Below, piece after piece: positions 44,151-59,792 of a stretch of 64,000 nt of DNA. Origin of the DNA: the human T2T-CHM13v2.0 reference genome, Homo sapiens. Position 1 is the stretch's first letter; every line of letters starts with the position of its first letter. Under the pieces are notes generated by a model that was not told the origin of the DNA, did not search any database, and saw nothing but the letters and a program-made list of their open reading frames with translations. Both the position numbers and the translations under genes were made by a program. The stretch lies in the NCBI RefSeq assembly GCF_009914755.1, contig NC_060935.1, one strand, 5' to 3'.

Positions 44151-47100
44151 AACAAGGACTAGAGAAGCCAGAGCAAAGAAACTCAAAAGCTAGCAGAAGT
44201 CAAAAAATAAGTTCAGAGCAGAACTAAAGGAGATAAGAGACACAAAAAACACTTCAAAAAAATCAATGAATCCAGGAGCTGGTTTTTTGAAAAGATCAAC
44301 AACACAGACCGCTAGCAAGACTAATAAAGAAGAAAAGAAGAAATAATCAAATAGACACAATAAAAAATGATAATGGAGATATCACCACTGGTCCCACAGA
44401 AATACAAACTACCATCAGAATACTATAAACACCTCTATGCTAATAAACTAGAAATCTAGAAGAAATGGATATATTCCTGGACACATACACCCACCCAAGA
44501 GTAAACCAGGAGGAAGTTGAATCTCTGAATAGACCAATAAGAAGGTCTGAAATTGAGGCAATAATTAATAGTCTACCAACCAAAAAAAGTCCAGGACTAG
44601 ACAGATTCACAGCCAAATTCTACCAGAGGTATAAAGAGGAACTGGTACCATTCCTTCTGAAACTATTCCAATCAACAGAAAAAGAGAGAATCCTCCCTAA
44701 CTCATTTTATAAGACCAGGATCATCCTGATACCAAAACCTGGCAGAGACACAACAAAAAAAGAGAATTTTAGACCAATATTTCTAACGAACATCAATGAG
44801 AAAATCCTCAGTAAGATACTGGCAAACAGAATCCAGCAGCACATCAAAAAGCTTATCCACCACTATCAAGTCAGCTTCACCCCTGGGATGCAAGGCTTGT
44901 TCAACATACACAAATCAATAAACGTAATCCATCACATAAAGAGAACCAAGAACAAAAACTACATGATTATCTCAATAGATGCAGAAAAGACCTTTGACAA
45001 AATTCAACAGACCTTCATGCTAAAAACTCTATATAAACTAGGTATTGATGGAACGTATCTCAAAATAATAAGAGCTATTTATGACAAACCCACAGCCAAT
45101 ATCATACTGAATGGGCAACAACTGGAAGCATTCCCTTTGAAAACTGGCACAAGACAACGATGGCCTCTCTCACCACTCCAATTCAACATAGTGTTGGAAT
45201 TTCTGGCTAGTGCAATCAGGCAAGAGAAAGAAATAAAGGGTATTCAATTAGGAAAAGAGGAAGTCAAATTCTGTTTGCAGACGACATGATTGTATATTTA
45301 GAAAACCCCATTGTCTCAGCCCAAAATCTCCCTAAGCTGACAAGCAACTTCAGCAAAGTCTCAGGATACAAATTCAATGTGCAAAAATCACAAGCATTCC
45401 TATACACCAATAATAGAGAGCTAAATCATAAGTGAACTCCCATTCACAACTGTGAGAAAGAGAATAAAATACCTGGGAATCCAAATTACAAGGGATGTGA
45501 AGGACCTCTTCAAGGAGAACAACAAATCACTGCTCAACGAAATAAAAGAGGACGCCAAGAAACGGAAGAACATTCCATGCTCATGGGTAGGAAGAATCAA
45601 TATTGTGAAAATGGCCATACTGCCCAAGGTAATTTATAGATTCAATGCCATTTCCATCAACTAGCACTAATTTTCTTCACAGAATTGGAAAAAACTACTT
45701 TAAATTTCATATGGAACCAAAAAAGAGCCCACATAGCCAAGACAATCCTAAGCAAAAAGAACAAAGATGGAGGCAGCACGCTACCTAACTTCAAACTATA
45801 CTACAAGGCTATAGTAACCAAAACAGCATGGTACTGGTACCAAAACAGATATATAGACCAATGGAACAGAACAGAGGCCTCAGAAATAACACCACTCATC
45901 TACAACCATCTGATCTTTGACAAATCTGACAAAAATAAGCAATGGGGAAAGGATTCCCTATTTAACAAATGGTGCTGGGAAAACTGGTTAGCCATATGTA
46001 GAAAGCTGAAACTGGATCCCTTCCTTACACCATATACAAAAATTAACTCAAGATGGATTAAAGACTTAAATATAAGACCTAACACCATAAAAATTCTAGA
46101 AGACAACCTAGGCAATATCATTAAGGACATAGGCGTGGGCAAAGACTTCATGACTAAAACACCAAAAGCAATGGCAACAAAAGCCAAAATAGACAAATGG
46201 GATTTAATTAAACTAAAGAGCTTCTGCACAGCAAAAGAAACTACCATCAGAGTGAACAGGCAACCTACAGAATGGGAGAAAATTTTTGCAATCTATCCAT
46301 CTGACAAAGGGCTAATATCCAGAATCTACAATGAACTTAAACAAATTTACAAGAAAAAAAGCCCCATCAAAAAGTGGGCAAAGAATATAAACAGACACTT
46401 CTCAAAAGAAGACATTTATGCAGCCAACAGACATATGAAAAAAAGCTCATCATCACTTGTCATCAGAGAAATGCAAATCAAAACTACAATGAGATCTCAT
46501 TTTACACCAGTTAGAATGGTAATCATTAAAAAGTCAGGAAACAACAGATGCTGGAGAGAAGTGGAGAAATAGGAACACTTTCACATGTTAGTGGGAGTGT
46601 AAGTTAGTTCAACCATTGTGGAAGACAGTGTGGCAATTCCTCAAGTATCTAGAACTAGAAATACCGTCTGACCCAGCAATCCCATTACTGGGTATATACC
46701 CAAAGGATTAAAAATCATTCTACTATAAAGACACATGCCCACGAATGTTTATTGTGGCACTATTCACAATACCAAAGACTTGGAACCAACCCAAATGTCC
46801 ATCAATGATAGACTGGATTAAGAAAATGTGGCACACATACACCATTGAATACTATGCAGCCATAAAAAAGGATGAGTTCATGTCCTTTGCAGGGACATGG
46901 ATGAAGCCTGTAACCATCATTGTAAGCAAAGTGTCACAAGGACAGAAAACCAAACACCACAAGTTCTCACTCAGGTGGGAGTTGAACAATGAGAACACAT
47001 GAACAAAATGCAGGGAACATCACACACCGGGGCCTGTCAGGGGGTAGGCAGCTGGGAGAGGGATAGCATTAGGAGAAATACCTAATGTAAATGTTGAGTT

Positions 47101-47584
47101 GATGGGTGCAGCAAACCAACATGGCACATGTATACGTATGTAACAAACCTGCAGGTTGTGGACATGTACCCTAGAACTTAAAGTATAATAAAAAAAAATG
47201 GACATAACCATAGGCCATCACTTACCACACCAATGTCCACAGTGTGCAATACAGCTGTCAATGATTAAACAATAATGAAGTTCTAAGAACATTTTGGTTT
47301 ACTTTTTTTGAGTCTGGAGTAATGTGAAAGTCTAAAATGTGTGTCAGTCCAAGCAATAAGGTTTACCTGCCCCCATTTCTTTCTGCCTCTATTTCTTTTT
47401 TATTAGACCTATGAAAAGCTCTTCCTTGGTTTTTGAATAATTGAATGCTGTGAATACTAATCAATAGAATCATAGGACCCACGTCATGACATAGAAACAA
47501 ACAAGTGTTGTTTTATCATCTCTAGTTCTATGGCATGTTGCTGGAAGGGATGAAAGAACAGGCAGCAAATAATTGAGTATGTTG

Positions 47585-47882
47585 GGCTGGGCATGGCGGC
47601 TCATGCCTGTAATCCCAGCACTTTGAGAGGCCGAGGCAGGCAGATCACCTGAGGTCAGGAGTTCAAGAACAGCCTGACCAACATGGAGAAACCCCATCTC
47701 TATTAAAAATACAAAATTAGCTGGCCATAGTGGTGCATACCTGTTACCCTAGCTACTCAGGAGGCTGAGCAAACAAATCACTTGAACTTGAGAGGTGGAA
47801 GTTGCTGTGAGCTGAGATCACACCATTGCACTTCAGCCTGGGTAACAAGAGTGAAACTCTGTCTCAGAAAAAAAAAAAAAAA
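47585..47882 (+). mobile_element. Alu (AluSp/Sq-like)
   Basis: Full dimer with A tail; degenerate TSD AATTGAGTATGTTG / AATTAAGTAAGTCG. Confidence 0.93.
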
Positions 47883-48318
47883 GAATTAAGTAAGTCGAAG
47901 TCACACTGATCACAGCCAATTTTTGTGAACCAAGGAAGGTTCTATTCAATAATTAACATAGATTTTTACTTTTGCTATCTCCTGTGTGCCACGCAAAATA
48001 TAGACTCTGGAGAATCAGAAGCAAAAGAAACTCACTTGTTCCTCTCACAATACTCAGTACTTACTTAGATAAGGACAAAATAAAATGTCCTGTCTGGAAT
48101 GCAGGGAAACCAGAACTTCAGGTCAGGGGATACTTCAGTTGAATTGTATGGAGATTAAGCTTAAAATATTATGAATGTATCTTAAATTCACTTTGTCTTT
48201 ACTTGATACATCCATCACATAGACATCATGCAGTGGGCACCTACAATAGGTTTAATCACTGCTCACTTCTGTTGGATCAACAAGAAATCAACTCATATGA
48301 CAGTGATGAGTCTCAGAA

Positions 48319-51300
48319 TGAGAGGAGGTGCCAGCTGGGCCTCTTGGGTTGAGTAGGGGCTCAGAAAGCTGTGAAACTCACTCATTTCCCTGCATCAGGA
48401 CTTACTTCAGTCCTGGATGAATAATATTGAAGATATATGCTTAAAATATTCCTAACACCAGAATTTGTGCATTGTGTTTTCTTCCCCAAGAAAGCTATAA
48501 ACAGCAAAAAAATTTTGCTGTAAGTTTCCCTGTGTCCTATTTCTCTTCCCCCTACCCCAAAACTAAAAGGAATGTTAACTGCTCATTTTTCTGTGACCAG
48601 CAGACCTTATCTATGCTCCCAATTCCAATTTCTTATAAAAGTACTTTGTAAGGTCCTGTAAGATCCTGTCTCCTTTACCATGCTACTGCAAGGTCATAAA
48701 GTAGCTAAAACCTAAGTTGCAATTCCAGTTTTCCTCAAAATCTAAGACATGTCACAAAATAATTTACTGCCTTTGTTTCTCAATCTGGTAACATCTTCCC
48801 ACCACACATATTTCCTGCCTTAAAGAGTTGAAAAGGCAATTGTATAATCTCACTCTGGTTACCTGTTCAGGACACCTTCCACAGTGTGCTTTCACTCAGC
48901 TCAATAAAGCCTACAACTTTTTCTCTCTCTCGGTCCTTGCCTCTATCACTCACCATAGTCAGCCACCACACCAATTCTTTGGTGTGGCTAGGCAAGAACC
49001 TTAGGTGTTACATTTTGGTGAGCCAGGCAGGATACTCCAGGAAAGGCATCTAGATCATCACACTGTGAGTACAATCAGACCTCTTTTGCTTGCTATTCTG
49101 TCCTGTCCTTCCTTAGAATTTGGAGGCTAAACTAGGCACCTGTCAGCCACTTAAAGGTGATTAGTGTGGCTGCTGGACTAAAGACACGGGTGTCAGGCTG
49201 TCTGGAAAAGGTTCTCTAACAACCCCTGACCCTTCAGGTTTGGGAGCATTGGTTGGCCTGGAACCAGTTCCAACTCTTTTGCTTTCCATGGTGGTTCTGA
49301 AGTACACCTGGGAGTGCTCAGTGGAAATCTTAGTCTCCCAGATATCCTAGTTGAGACCACAGCCCTGCCAGAGGCTCCCCCTGCATGGGTTAGTGAGCAT
49401 GAGACAGCCACATCTTCTGACTCCCACCTCCTAATGAGTCCTAATGTCCACCAGTTAGACTTCTTTCCTCATCTTGTAAGCAAGGTTATTCCCACTAGAC
49501 AGGATCAAGATTCCCTATTTAGAAGACTTAAAGTCTTGGGGTGGCACCCAGAAGATCCCTGTTCATGGTGCCCTCTAGGGTTCAGGCAGGTGTCACCATT
49601 TGATGGCTATTTTGAAGGACCAGTTCCCCACCATAGTGTGTAGTCCCCCACATCAGGATAATTTAAAGATAGGTCTGTAATTTTCATGTGGATAGTAGAA
49701 GCCTTAGGGCATTTCCTCCATTGCTCCCCAGATAAACTTTCCCCTTCCTTGGGGCCTATCAAGTACAATCTATGGTGCATGGGTACAGCTCTTAGAGCCA
49801 TTGAATTGTTGTTTCAACCATTTAATAATTGGTATTGGAAGAAAATGTAGTCAGTTGGGACACAGGATACTGGTACCACCTTGAGAGGGGGGCTTACTCT
49901 TTTGATGGCAAGTGGGGACAGAAGGCTAAAGTACAGCAGCTGTTCTCTCAGCCCTGGTCTGGAGGACATCCACCACCCCCTTTAAGCTTACTAAGCCTCC
50001 TGTTGCTAATTCAGAGATTTCTCCTTGAAGGACAGTTTTATGGCCAGGACCGCATAAAGTGGGCCTTAGCATTCAAGCATCAGTGGTGCCCCCAACCCAG
50101 GCCTTGCCACCCTGGAACAGGTTGGATGTATTGGCAGAAGGACCATAATAAATCCAACAGTCCTTGTGCCCCATTTAGTAGTCAATGGGTGCATGGCAGG
50201 GGCAAGGGAAGTTTCCATCCTGCCAGTAAGCATGGTTAAATCTGGTAGATGGAGAGCTCAGGAAAAGCGGCCATGAGCTTTCAGCACAATTAGTCCTGAC
50301 CCTTAGGGGACACCCTAAGGGAAGATGAGTCCCAGGACTAACCAGGGGTGTGGGCATCCCTGTGTTTAAAATTCCAGATGGGCACCACACCTTCCAAACC
50401 GGACACTCCCTTAAGATGTATCCTGAATAACTGGGACAAATTCGACCCTGAAACCTTAAAAAAGAAGCAGCTAATTTTCTTCTGTACCACTGCCTGGCCA
50501 CAGTATTCCTTACAAAATGGAGAAACTTGGCCCCCTGAGGGATGTATTAATTATAACACCCTTCTACAACTAGCTCTTTTCTGTAAGCAGGAAGGTAAAT
50601 GGAGTGAAGTCCCTTACGTACAGGCTTTCTTTGCCCTTCTTGACAATACTGCCCTGTGCCAAGCCTGCGAGCTTTGCCCAAATGACAGAGGCCCACAATT
50701 ACCTCCATATTCAGGGCCTCTTCCCTCAGCCCCACTCTCCTCCTGCACTGACTCTCCTCCATCTGGCCTCACTGAAGTGTTAAAGGCAAAATGGAAAGAG
50801 AACGTAAACTCCGAGAGCCAGGCACCCGAACTATGTCCCTTACAAACAGTAGGAGGAGAATTTGGGCGCATTCACATGCATGCCCCCTTCTCACTCTCAA
50901 ATTTAAAACAAATAAAGGCAGATTTAGGGAAATTCTTGGATGATCCTGATAACCATATACATGTCCTGCAAGGATTAGAGCAGTCCTTTGATCTAACATG
51001 GAGAGATATCATGTTACTTCTTGATCAGACCTTAAGTCCTACTGAAAAAAAAGCAGCTTTAGCAGCAGCCCAGCAATTTAGGGATCGATAGTACCTTGGC
51101 CAGGTAAACAATCCATTGAATGGCCTTGGAGGAGAGGGAAAAATTGCCCACAGGGGAACAGGCAGTCCCCACTGTAAATCCTTATTGGGATACTGACTCA
51201 GATCATGGAGATTAGAGCCACAGGCATTTGCTAACTTGCATTTTAAAAGGGTTGAGGAAGACTAGGAGAAAGCCTATGAACTACTCAATGCTATCCACCA

Positions 51301-53827
51301 TTACCCAGGGAAAAGAAGAAAATCCCCTCAGCCTTTCTAGAAATGCTGCGGGAGGCTCTAAGAAGGCACACCCCCGTAACTCCGGATTCCCTGGAAGGCC
51401 AACTTATTCTAAAGGATAAACTTATCACCTAAGAAGCGGCCGATATTAGGAGAAAACTCCAAAGGTCTGCCTTAGGCCCAGAACAAAGCTTGGAGGCATT
51501 ATTAAACCTGCCAACCTCGTTGTTCTATAACAGGGACCAAGAGGAACAGGCCAAAATGGAAAAGCAAGATAAGAGAAAGGCTGCAGCCTTAGTCTTGGCT
51601 CTCAGACAGGCAGACCTTGGTGGCTCAGAGGGAACCAAAAGAGGAGCAGGCCAATTGCCTAGTAGGGCTTGTTATCAGTGCGGTTTGCAAGGACACTTTA
51701 AAAAAGATTGTCCAACTAGAAACAAACTGCCCCCTCGCCCATGTCCAATATGCCAAGGCAATCACTGGAAGTAGCACTGCCCCAGAGGATGAAGGCCCCC
51801 TGGGCCAGAAGCACCCAACCAGATGATTCAGCAACAGGACTGAGGGTGCCTGGAGCAAGTGCCAGCTCATGCAATCACCCTCACAGAGCCCTGGGTAAGT
51901 TTGACCATTGAGGGCCAGGAAGTACACTTCCTCCTAAACACTGGCCCAGCTTTCTCAGGATTAATCTCCTGCCCTGGAAGACTGTCCTCAAAGTCCATTA
52001 CTATCTGAGGAATCTTAGGACACCCTGTAACCAGGTATTACTCTCACCTCCAGCTGCAATTGGGAGACTTTGCTCTCTTCACATGCCTTTCTTGTTACGC
52101 CCAAAAGTCCCACACCCTTATTAAGGAGAGACATATTAGACAAAGCTGGAGCTATTATCTACATAAATATAGGGAACAAATTACCCATTTGTTGTCCCCT
52201 ACTTGAAGAAGGAATCAACTCTGAAGTCTGGGCCTTGGAAGGACAATTAGGAAAGGCAAAGAATGCCCATCCAATTCAAATCAGGCTAAAAGACCCCACC
52301 ACTTTTCCTTATCAAACGCAATATCCCTTAAGGCCTGAAGCTCACAAAGAATTACAGGATATTGTTAGACATTTAAAAGCTCAAGGCTTAGTAAGAAAAT
52401 GTAGCAGTCCTTGCAACACCCCAATTCTAGAATTACAAAAACCAAATAGTCAACGGAGACTATTGCAAGACCTCAGAATCAATGAGGCAGTAATTCCTTT
52501 ATATCCTGCTGTACCTAACCCCTATATGCTGCTCTCTCAGATACCAGAGGAAGCAGAATAGTTCACTGTTCTGCACCTCAAAGATGCCTTCTTCTGCATT
52601 CCCCTGCACTCTGACTCCCTAGTCACCCTACAAAGCCAGCTTAATTCTCTCGCTGCAGTAGTCCTCCAAAACTGAAGAGCCCTAGACATAGTAACAGCTG
52701 AAAGAGGAGGAACCTACCTCTTAGAGAAGAATGTTGCTATTTCATTAACCAGTCAGGAATCATTACTGAAAAGGTCAAAGAAATAAGAGAACGGATAGAA
52801 AGTAGGAAAAAGGAGCTTGAACACTCAGGACTGGAATATGTTTAACCAATGGATACCTGGGCTCCTCCCCTTTCTAGGCCCTGTGACAGCCATCCTACTA
52901 TTACTCACCTTTAGGCCTTGCATTTTTAACCTCCTTGTCAAATTTGTTTCCTCCAGGATCGAGGCCATCAAGCTACAAATGGTCTTACAAATGGAATCTC
53001 AAATGAGCTCAACTCATGGCTTCTAGTGAGAAACCCTGGAATGACCCGTTGGTCCCTCATTAGCCTAGAAAGTTCCCCTCTGGAGGACACCACAACTGCA
53101 GGGCCCCTTCTTCATCCCTAACCAGCAGGAAGTAGCTAGAAGAACCACCACTCAGCTCCCAACAGCAGTTGGGGTGTCCTATTTACAGGGGGGACTGAGA
53201 GGAGGTGCCAGCTGGGCTTCCTGGGTTGAGTAGGGGCTCAGAAAGCTGTGAAACTCACTCATTTCCCTGTGTCAGGACTTACTTCAGTCCTGGATGAATA
53301 ATATTGAAGATATATGCTTGCTTAAAATATTCCTAACACCAGGATCTGTGCATGTGTTTTCTTCCCCAAGAAAGCTATAAACAGCAAAAATTTTGCTGTA
53401 AGTATCCCTGTGTCCTCTCTCCCTTCCCCCTCCCCTGAAACTAAAAGGAATGTTAACTGCCCATTTTTCTGTGACCAGTGGATCTTGTCTATGCTCCCAA
53501 TTCCAATTTCTTGTAAACATGCTTTGTAACGTCCTGTAAGATCCTGTCTCCTTTGCCATGCTGCTACAAAGTCATAAAGTAGACAAAACCTAAGTTGCAA
53601 TTCCAGTTTTCCTCAAAATCTAAGACATGTCACAAAATAATTTACTGCCTTTGTTTCTCGCTCTGGTAACATCTTCCTACCACACCTATTCCTTGCCTTA
53701 AAGAGTTTGAAAGGCAATTGTATAATCTCACTCTGGCTACCCATTCGGGACCCCTTCCACACTGTGGAAACTTTGTACTTTCACACCAATTCTTTGGCGT
53801 GGCTAGGCAAGAACCTTAGACGTTACA
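48319..53827 (+). mobile_element. Class I (ERV1) provirus of the HERV-W/9 supergroup, probably HERV30/LTR30, internally deleted
   Basis: Two TG..CA LTRs (48319-49012, 53196-53827); 4-bp TSD AGAA/AGAG; tRNA-Arg-like PBS TGGTGAGCCAGGCAGGAT at 49016-49033; gag from 50378 (TPLRCIL..WPPEG..CYQCGLQGHFKKDC), pro, partial RT, env TM remnant and PPT. Family name from memory. Confidence 0.88.
50378..51843 (+). pseudogene. Defective ERV gag
   Basis: Matrix/capsid 247-aa ORF followed by frameshifted fragments with MHR-like QGKEENP and a CCHC zinc knuckle. Confidence 0.85.
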
Positions 53828-55601
53828 AGAGGATTGGCATCTCACCCCTTGCCATACAGATAAGTAGAAAGGGTGGCATTCAAAATTAATGGCCAGTCTC
53901 TAAGTCCCAGGCACTGAACTTCATGGTCTTCCAACACTCAAAAAGTTGTAAGCAGAGGTCAGAGGTCTTAACCATAGCCATATCTGAGTTGCATTTTGAA
54001 ACAGTTTCCAGCTTCCTCAGTAGGAATGGAAGCCAAACTCCAAATTTATGACTCCTTTGAGGAAGTCAAGAGCTGTAAGGAAAGCCAGGGGCAGGGGCAA
54101 GGGAGAGATGCCCCTTGAATGATCCTGTGCCAGTTCTTTCTGGGATCTTTGATGTCATCTTAGCTGCCCTTTCTATACTTGACATAGTGAACGTGGCATC
54201 CACTGGTCTAGCTGTGGTCTACCAGGAACCCCCAAAGGGAAGGGCACAGTGAGCAGGGGCATCTGCCCGAGTGACAAGGATTTGAGAGGGCAGGTTGGAT
54301 GCAGGGAGAGGACTGGCCAAATGCCATGAGTCTGGACGTAGACTGCCTGGTTCAAATGGGAATTCACCCTTTTCGACTTCATGATCTGATACAAGTTATA
54401 TGAAAATGCGTCACAACTTTTCTAGTCTGTTAAATGATAATGAAATGTGCACTAATAACTGGGAGAAGACTACACAGATGAAATGAAACAAGCTGCATAG
54501 ACCACAGAGCTAAGAAGGTGGCACTTAGGAAGCCCTCAGTAAGAGTTCTTGGTGCCATGGTATCTGCCATCTTCCTTTTTATCCTCATCATCACCTTCAT
54601 AATCTTTCTGTTGTGCTTAGGGAATAGTTTAGAGGAACTCATTCCCTGCTATCATGAGTGAGATGTCTATGAAAAGGACAACCATTGGTGGGGGGGAAGC
54701 AAAATTTTGAATAACATTTCTGAGACCCCCACCACAACCAAGAACAGAAACTCCACAGTCTGCTGAGCTGACAGTTTGCATATTGGTCTCCTCCCATCTG
54801 CCCACTGCACTCTCCTGTTTGTCCTGAGGATGAGGAAACAAAGCAACGCTCCCAACCATCCCTCAGCACTCACTGAACTGCCCCTCCCCTCTGCTGGGCC
54901 ATGACCACGGAGAACAGGTCCACTGTCCTCCCTGCGTGGTGCACGATGGAGTCTCAGAGTCCGTCCTCAAGACTGGCAAGAAGACAGGGTGAGACATGAG
55001 CCTCCTGATAGAGGTGATGGGTGTGGAGCCCACAGGACTGGAACCTCACACTGCAGGGCTGGAGGCACAGACTGAGTATTTACTATTCTATGGCCTGTGG
55101 GGCTCAGGGCACAGAGCTCCTCATTAGCCAAAGTCACCCAAATTCCCCAACTTCTAAGGATTTCCTCATAATAATGCAAGAAGAAGAGAAAAGTTAGTGT
55201 CCATTGAAGCTTTGGGGCTCTTCCTCTAATCAGGAGAAAGCTTGTGTATATTATTCGCTTCTTTCTTTTCTTCTTAAAGATCCAACTGCTTTAATTTTCA
55301 TCTTTTATTTTGGGAAATATACCACATATAAATATTAAAAATTATAAATATATATTACTTCATATAGAATGGCCAGTATAAACATTTACAATTTCCACTA
55401 TTTTTCAGTTTACAGTTTAATGACATTAAGTACATTCACATTGTTTAGCAACCATCACCTCCATCATCTCCAGAACAGTTTTATCTTTCAAAATGGAAAA
55501 GGGACCCATTAACCAAACTCTCCATTCCTCTCTCTCGCCCACCCCTGGGGGCCACCATTCTATTTTGCAACTCTATGCATTTAACTACTCTAGACACTTG
55601 A

Positions 55602-55930
<329 letters not shown>

Positions 55931-56015
55931 GTGTTTATCCTTTTGGGATTTATGTATTTCACTGACGATGATGTCTTAAAGGTTCATCCATGTTGCAGCC
56001 TGTGTCACAAGTGCC

Positions 56016-56019
<4 letters not shown>

Positions 56020-56054
<35 letters not shown>

Positions 56055-56330
56055 GGAGTCTCACTCTGTCACCCAGGCTGGAGTTCAGTGGCACAATCTG
56101 GGCTCACCGCAACCTCCGCCTCCCAGGTTCAAGCGATCTTGTGCCTCAGCCTCCGGAGTAGCTGTGACTACAGGCATGCGCCACCATGCCTGGCTAATTT
56201 TTTGTATTTTTAGTAGAGACAGGGTTTCACCGTTTTGGCCAGGCTGGTCTCGAACTCCTGACCTCAGGTGATCCTCCCACGTTGGCCTCCCAAAATGCTA
56301 GGATTACAGGTGTGAGCCACTGCGCTGGCC
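56020..56330 (-). mobile_element. Alu (AluS)
   Basis: Long T tail (~32 nt); TSD AAGTGCCTGC on both sides. Confidence 0.93.
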
Positions 56331-56691
56331 AGAAGTGCCTGCATTTTTAAGGCTGAATAGTCTTCCATTGTATGAATGAACTGCAGTGTGCTTTTTCATT
56401 CTTCTGTCCACGAACGCTTGGGTTGCTTCCACATTTTTGCTGTTGTGAATAATGCTGCTATGAATATGGGTGTACAAATATCTCTTCCACTGCTGGCTTC
56501 TAATTCTTTTTGGGAGGTACCCACGAATGTAACTGTGGGATCATCTGATAATTCTGTTTTTCATTTTTCAAATACACTCCATACTATTTTCCCTGTTCCT
56601 GCACAATTTTACGTTCCCTCCAATCATATTCGAGCATTCCTACTTCCCTCTAGTTTCACCATTGCTTGTTTGTTTATCATATCCATCCTAA

Positions 56692-57076
<385 letters not shown>

Positions 57077-57661
57077 GCTATATCTTCTTTAGGGACATGT
57101 CTACTCAAGTCTTCTGACCATTGTTAATGGGATGCCTTGGGTTTCCTGTTGTTTACTTCTAGCTGTTCTTTGTATATTATGGATAACAGCCTCTTTTCAG
57201 ATGTATGATTTGCAAATATTTTTCCTAATCCATGGGTTATCTTTTCACTCAGTTCACAGTGTTTTTTGATGCACAAAAGTGTTTGTCATTTAGATGTAAT
57301 CCAAGGAATCTAATTTTCTTTTGTTGCCTATGCTTTTGGTGTCTTATCCCAGAAAGCATTGTCCACTCTGATGTCATAAAGGTTTTGGCAGCGTTTTCAT
57401 TTAGGCATGTTATAGTTTTAGCTCTTGGGCGTAAGTCTTTGATCCAGTTTGTGTTAATTTTTGTACCTGGTGTGACATAGGGTCCACCTTCATTCTTATG
57501 CATGTGGAAATCAAGTTTCTCCAACACGATTTGTTGAAAAGTATGCTTTTCCACCAATGAACTTTCTTGGCACCTATTTTAAAAATCATTGGGACATATG
57601 TGTGGGAAGTTATTCCTGGGCTCAAAAACAAACAAACAACAACAGATAAAAATACAGCATG

Positions 57662-57960
57662 GGCCAGGTGCGGTTGCTCACGCCTGTAATCCCAGCACTT
57701 TGAGAGGCCGAGGTGGGCGGTCACCTGAGGTCGGAAGTTCAAGTCCAGCCTGACCAACAGGGAGAAACCTCATCTCTACTAAAAATACAAAATTAGCTGG
57801 GTGTGGTGGCACATGCCTGTTATCCCAGCTATTCGGGAGGCTGAGGCAGGAGAATCACTTGAAACCCAGGAGGCAGAGGTTGTGGTGAGCTGAGATCACA
57901 CCATTGCACTCCAGCATAGGCAACAAGAGCAAAACTCCACCTCAATTAAAAAAAAAAAAA
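57662..57960 (+). mobile_element. Alu (AluSp-like)
   Basis: Full dimer; TSD AAAATACAGCATG. Confidence 0.93.
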
Positions 57961-58089
57961 ATACAGCATGATTTCGAGTCCCAGTCTAGCCTCAAAAAGA
58001 AGAGTATAGAAGGGTGTGATTGGAGCGGAAAGGTAATAGCTTAAAAACTAGCATAATGAGAAAGTTAGGAAGCTTCTTTCCAAGCCATC

Positions 58090-58750
<661 letters not shown>

Positions 58751-59074
58751 GTTTTTTAATTGAAACAAATTTTTTAAAAATATATATTTTAAAAATGTCT
58801 CAGAATGTGAAACTTTAGGGATACTGTGACCATTTTATTCTTTTCTATTTCCCATTTTATGTATGTACAAGTGTGAGATAAAACAGCAATCAATGTGTGT
58901 ATAAATCTATAACTTCAACAAATGTAAAATGAAAATGCTAAGTGGTAAGAAAGAACAGCATAATAAAAATTTGCATCATGTTTAGGACAATGCATTTGAA
59001 GATAATATTTGAAGAAATCATATTACAATTAACTTCTGTTCTTATTCATTGGAGCTTGATCCCTCTAGGAACTT

Positions 59075-59228
59075 CATCATTGAAACAGTCTCTGGTGCTT
59101 TAAAAAAAAAAAAAAAATCTGCATGCCCACACAGGTGCAAGTAAATCGGAATGTCAGGTAATGAGACCCAGGCCTCATCATGTCTAAGCTCCCCAGGTGA
59201 TTTCAATCAAAGCCAACGTTGAGAACCG
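59075..59228. mobile_element. MER5-like hAT-Charlie fragment
   Basis: AAGCTCCCCAGGTGATT...GTTGAGAACC resembles the MER5A terminus. Confidence 0.5.
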
Positions 59229-59792
59229 AACCGGTGACACGGATCTCTACACATAACCTGCCTAAATAGATTCCCTAGAAGCAGTTTATAAGGAAATTCC
59301 ACATGAACTGTGGAAAAGGATGTGAATTTGATGTACAGTATGTCCTGACTTAACATCTTGGAAAGTCTCTTGGAAACTGCACGTTTAAGAAAAATTATGT
59401 ATAGTGAAACCAAGGTATTCCTCATCAACACTATAACTAAACAACCTTAGACAAACCATTGGTGTTGGAGGACATGCTGCACATTGTTTCCATAAAGTCA
59501 ATTTTCAGGGAATTACAAAATTACAAAATGAATTACTTCCTGTATATAAAAAGATGGTTGTGATTTCACCTGGAGTACAGGGTTATTGCTGAGAAACTAA
59601 AGGAGGCCGCCCAGATATAGAGGATTCAGTCATGATGTTTATGCTAAACAAAGGATCCCAGAATACTCACCCATTCCAGTTAAAGGCATAACAAAGAAAG
59701 CAATATTCACATAGGAAATGTGGAAAGGAATAAAAGCCATCAAGCAACAAAAATAATGTGACAAAGGGGTTAGGATTTGCAGATGTACAGAT

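Noticed and set aside
52620-53026. Syncytin-like env gene
   Set aside because: Only a TM fragment remains, with a stop in the ISD and frameshifts.
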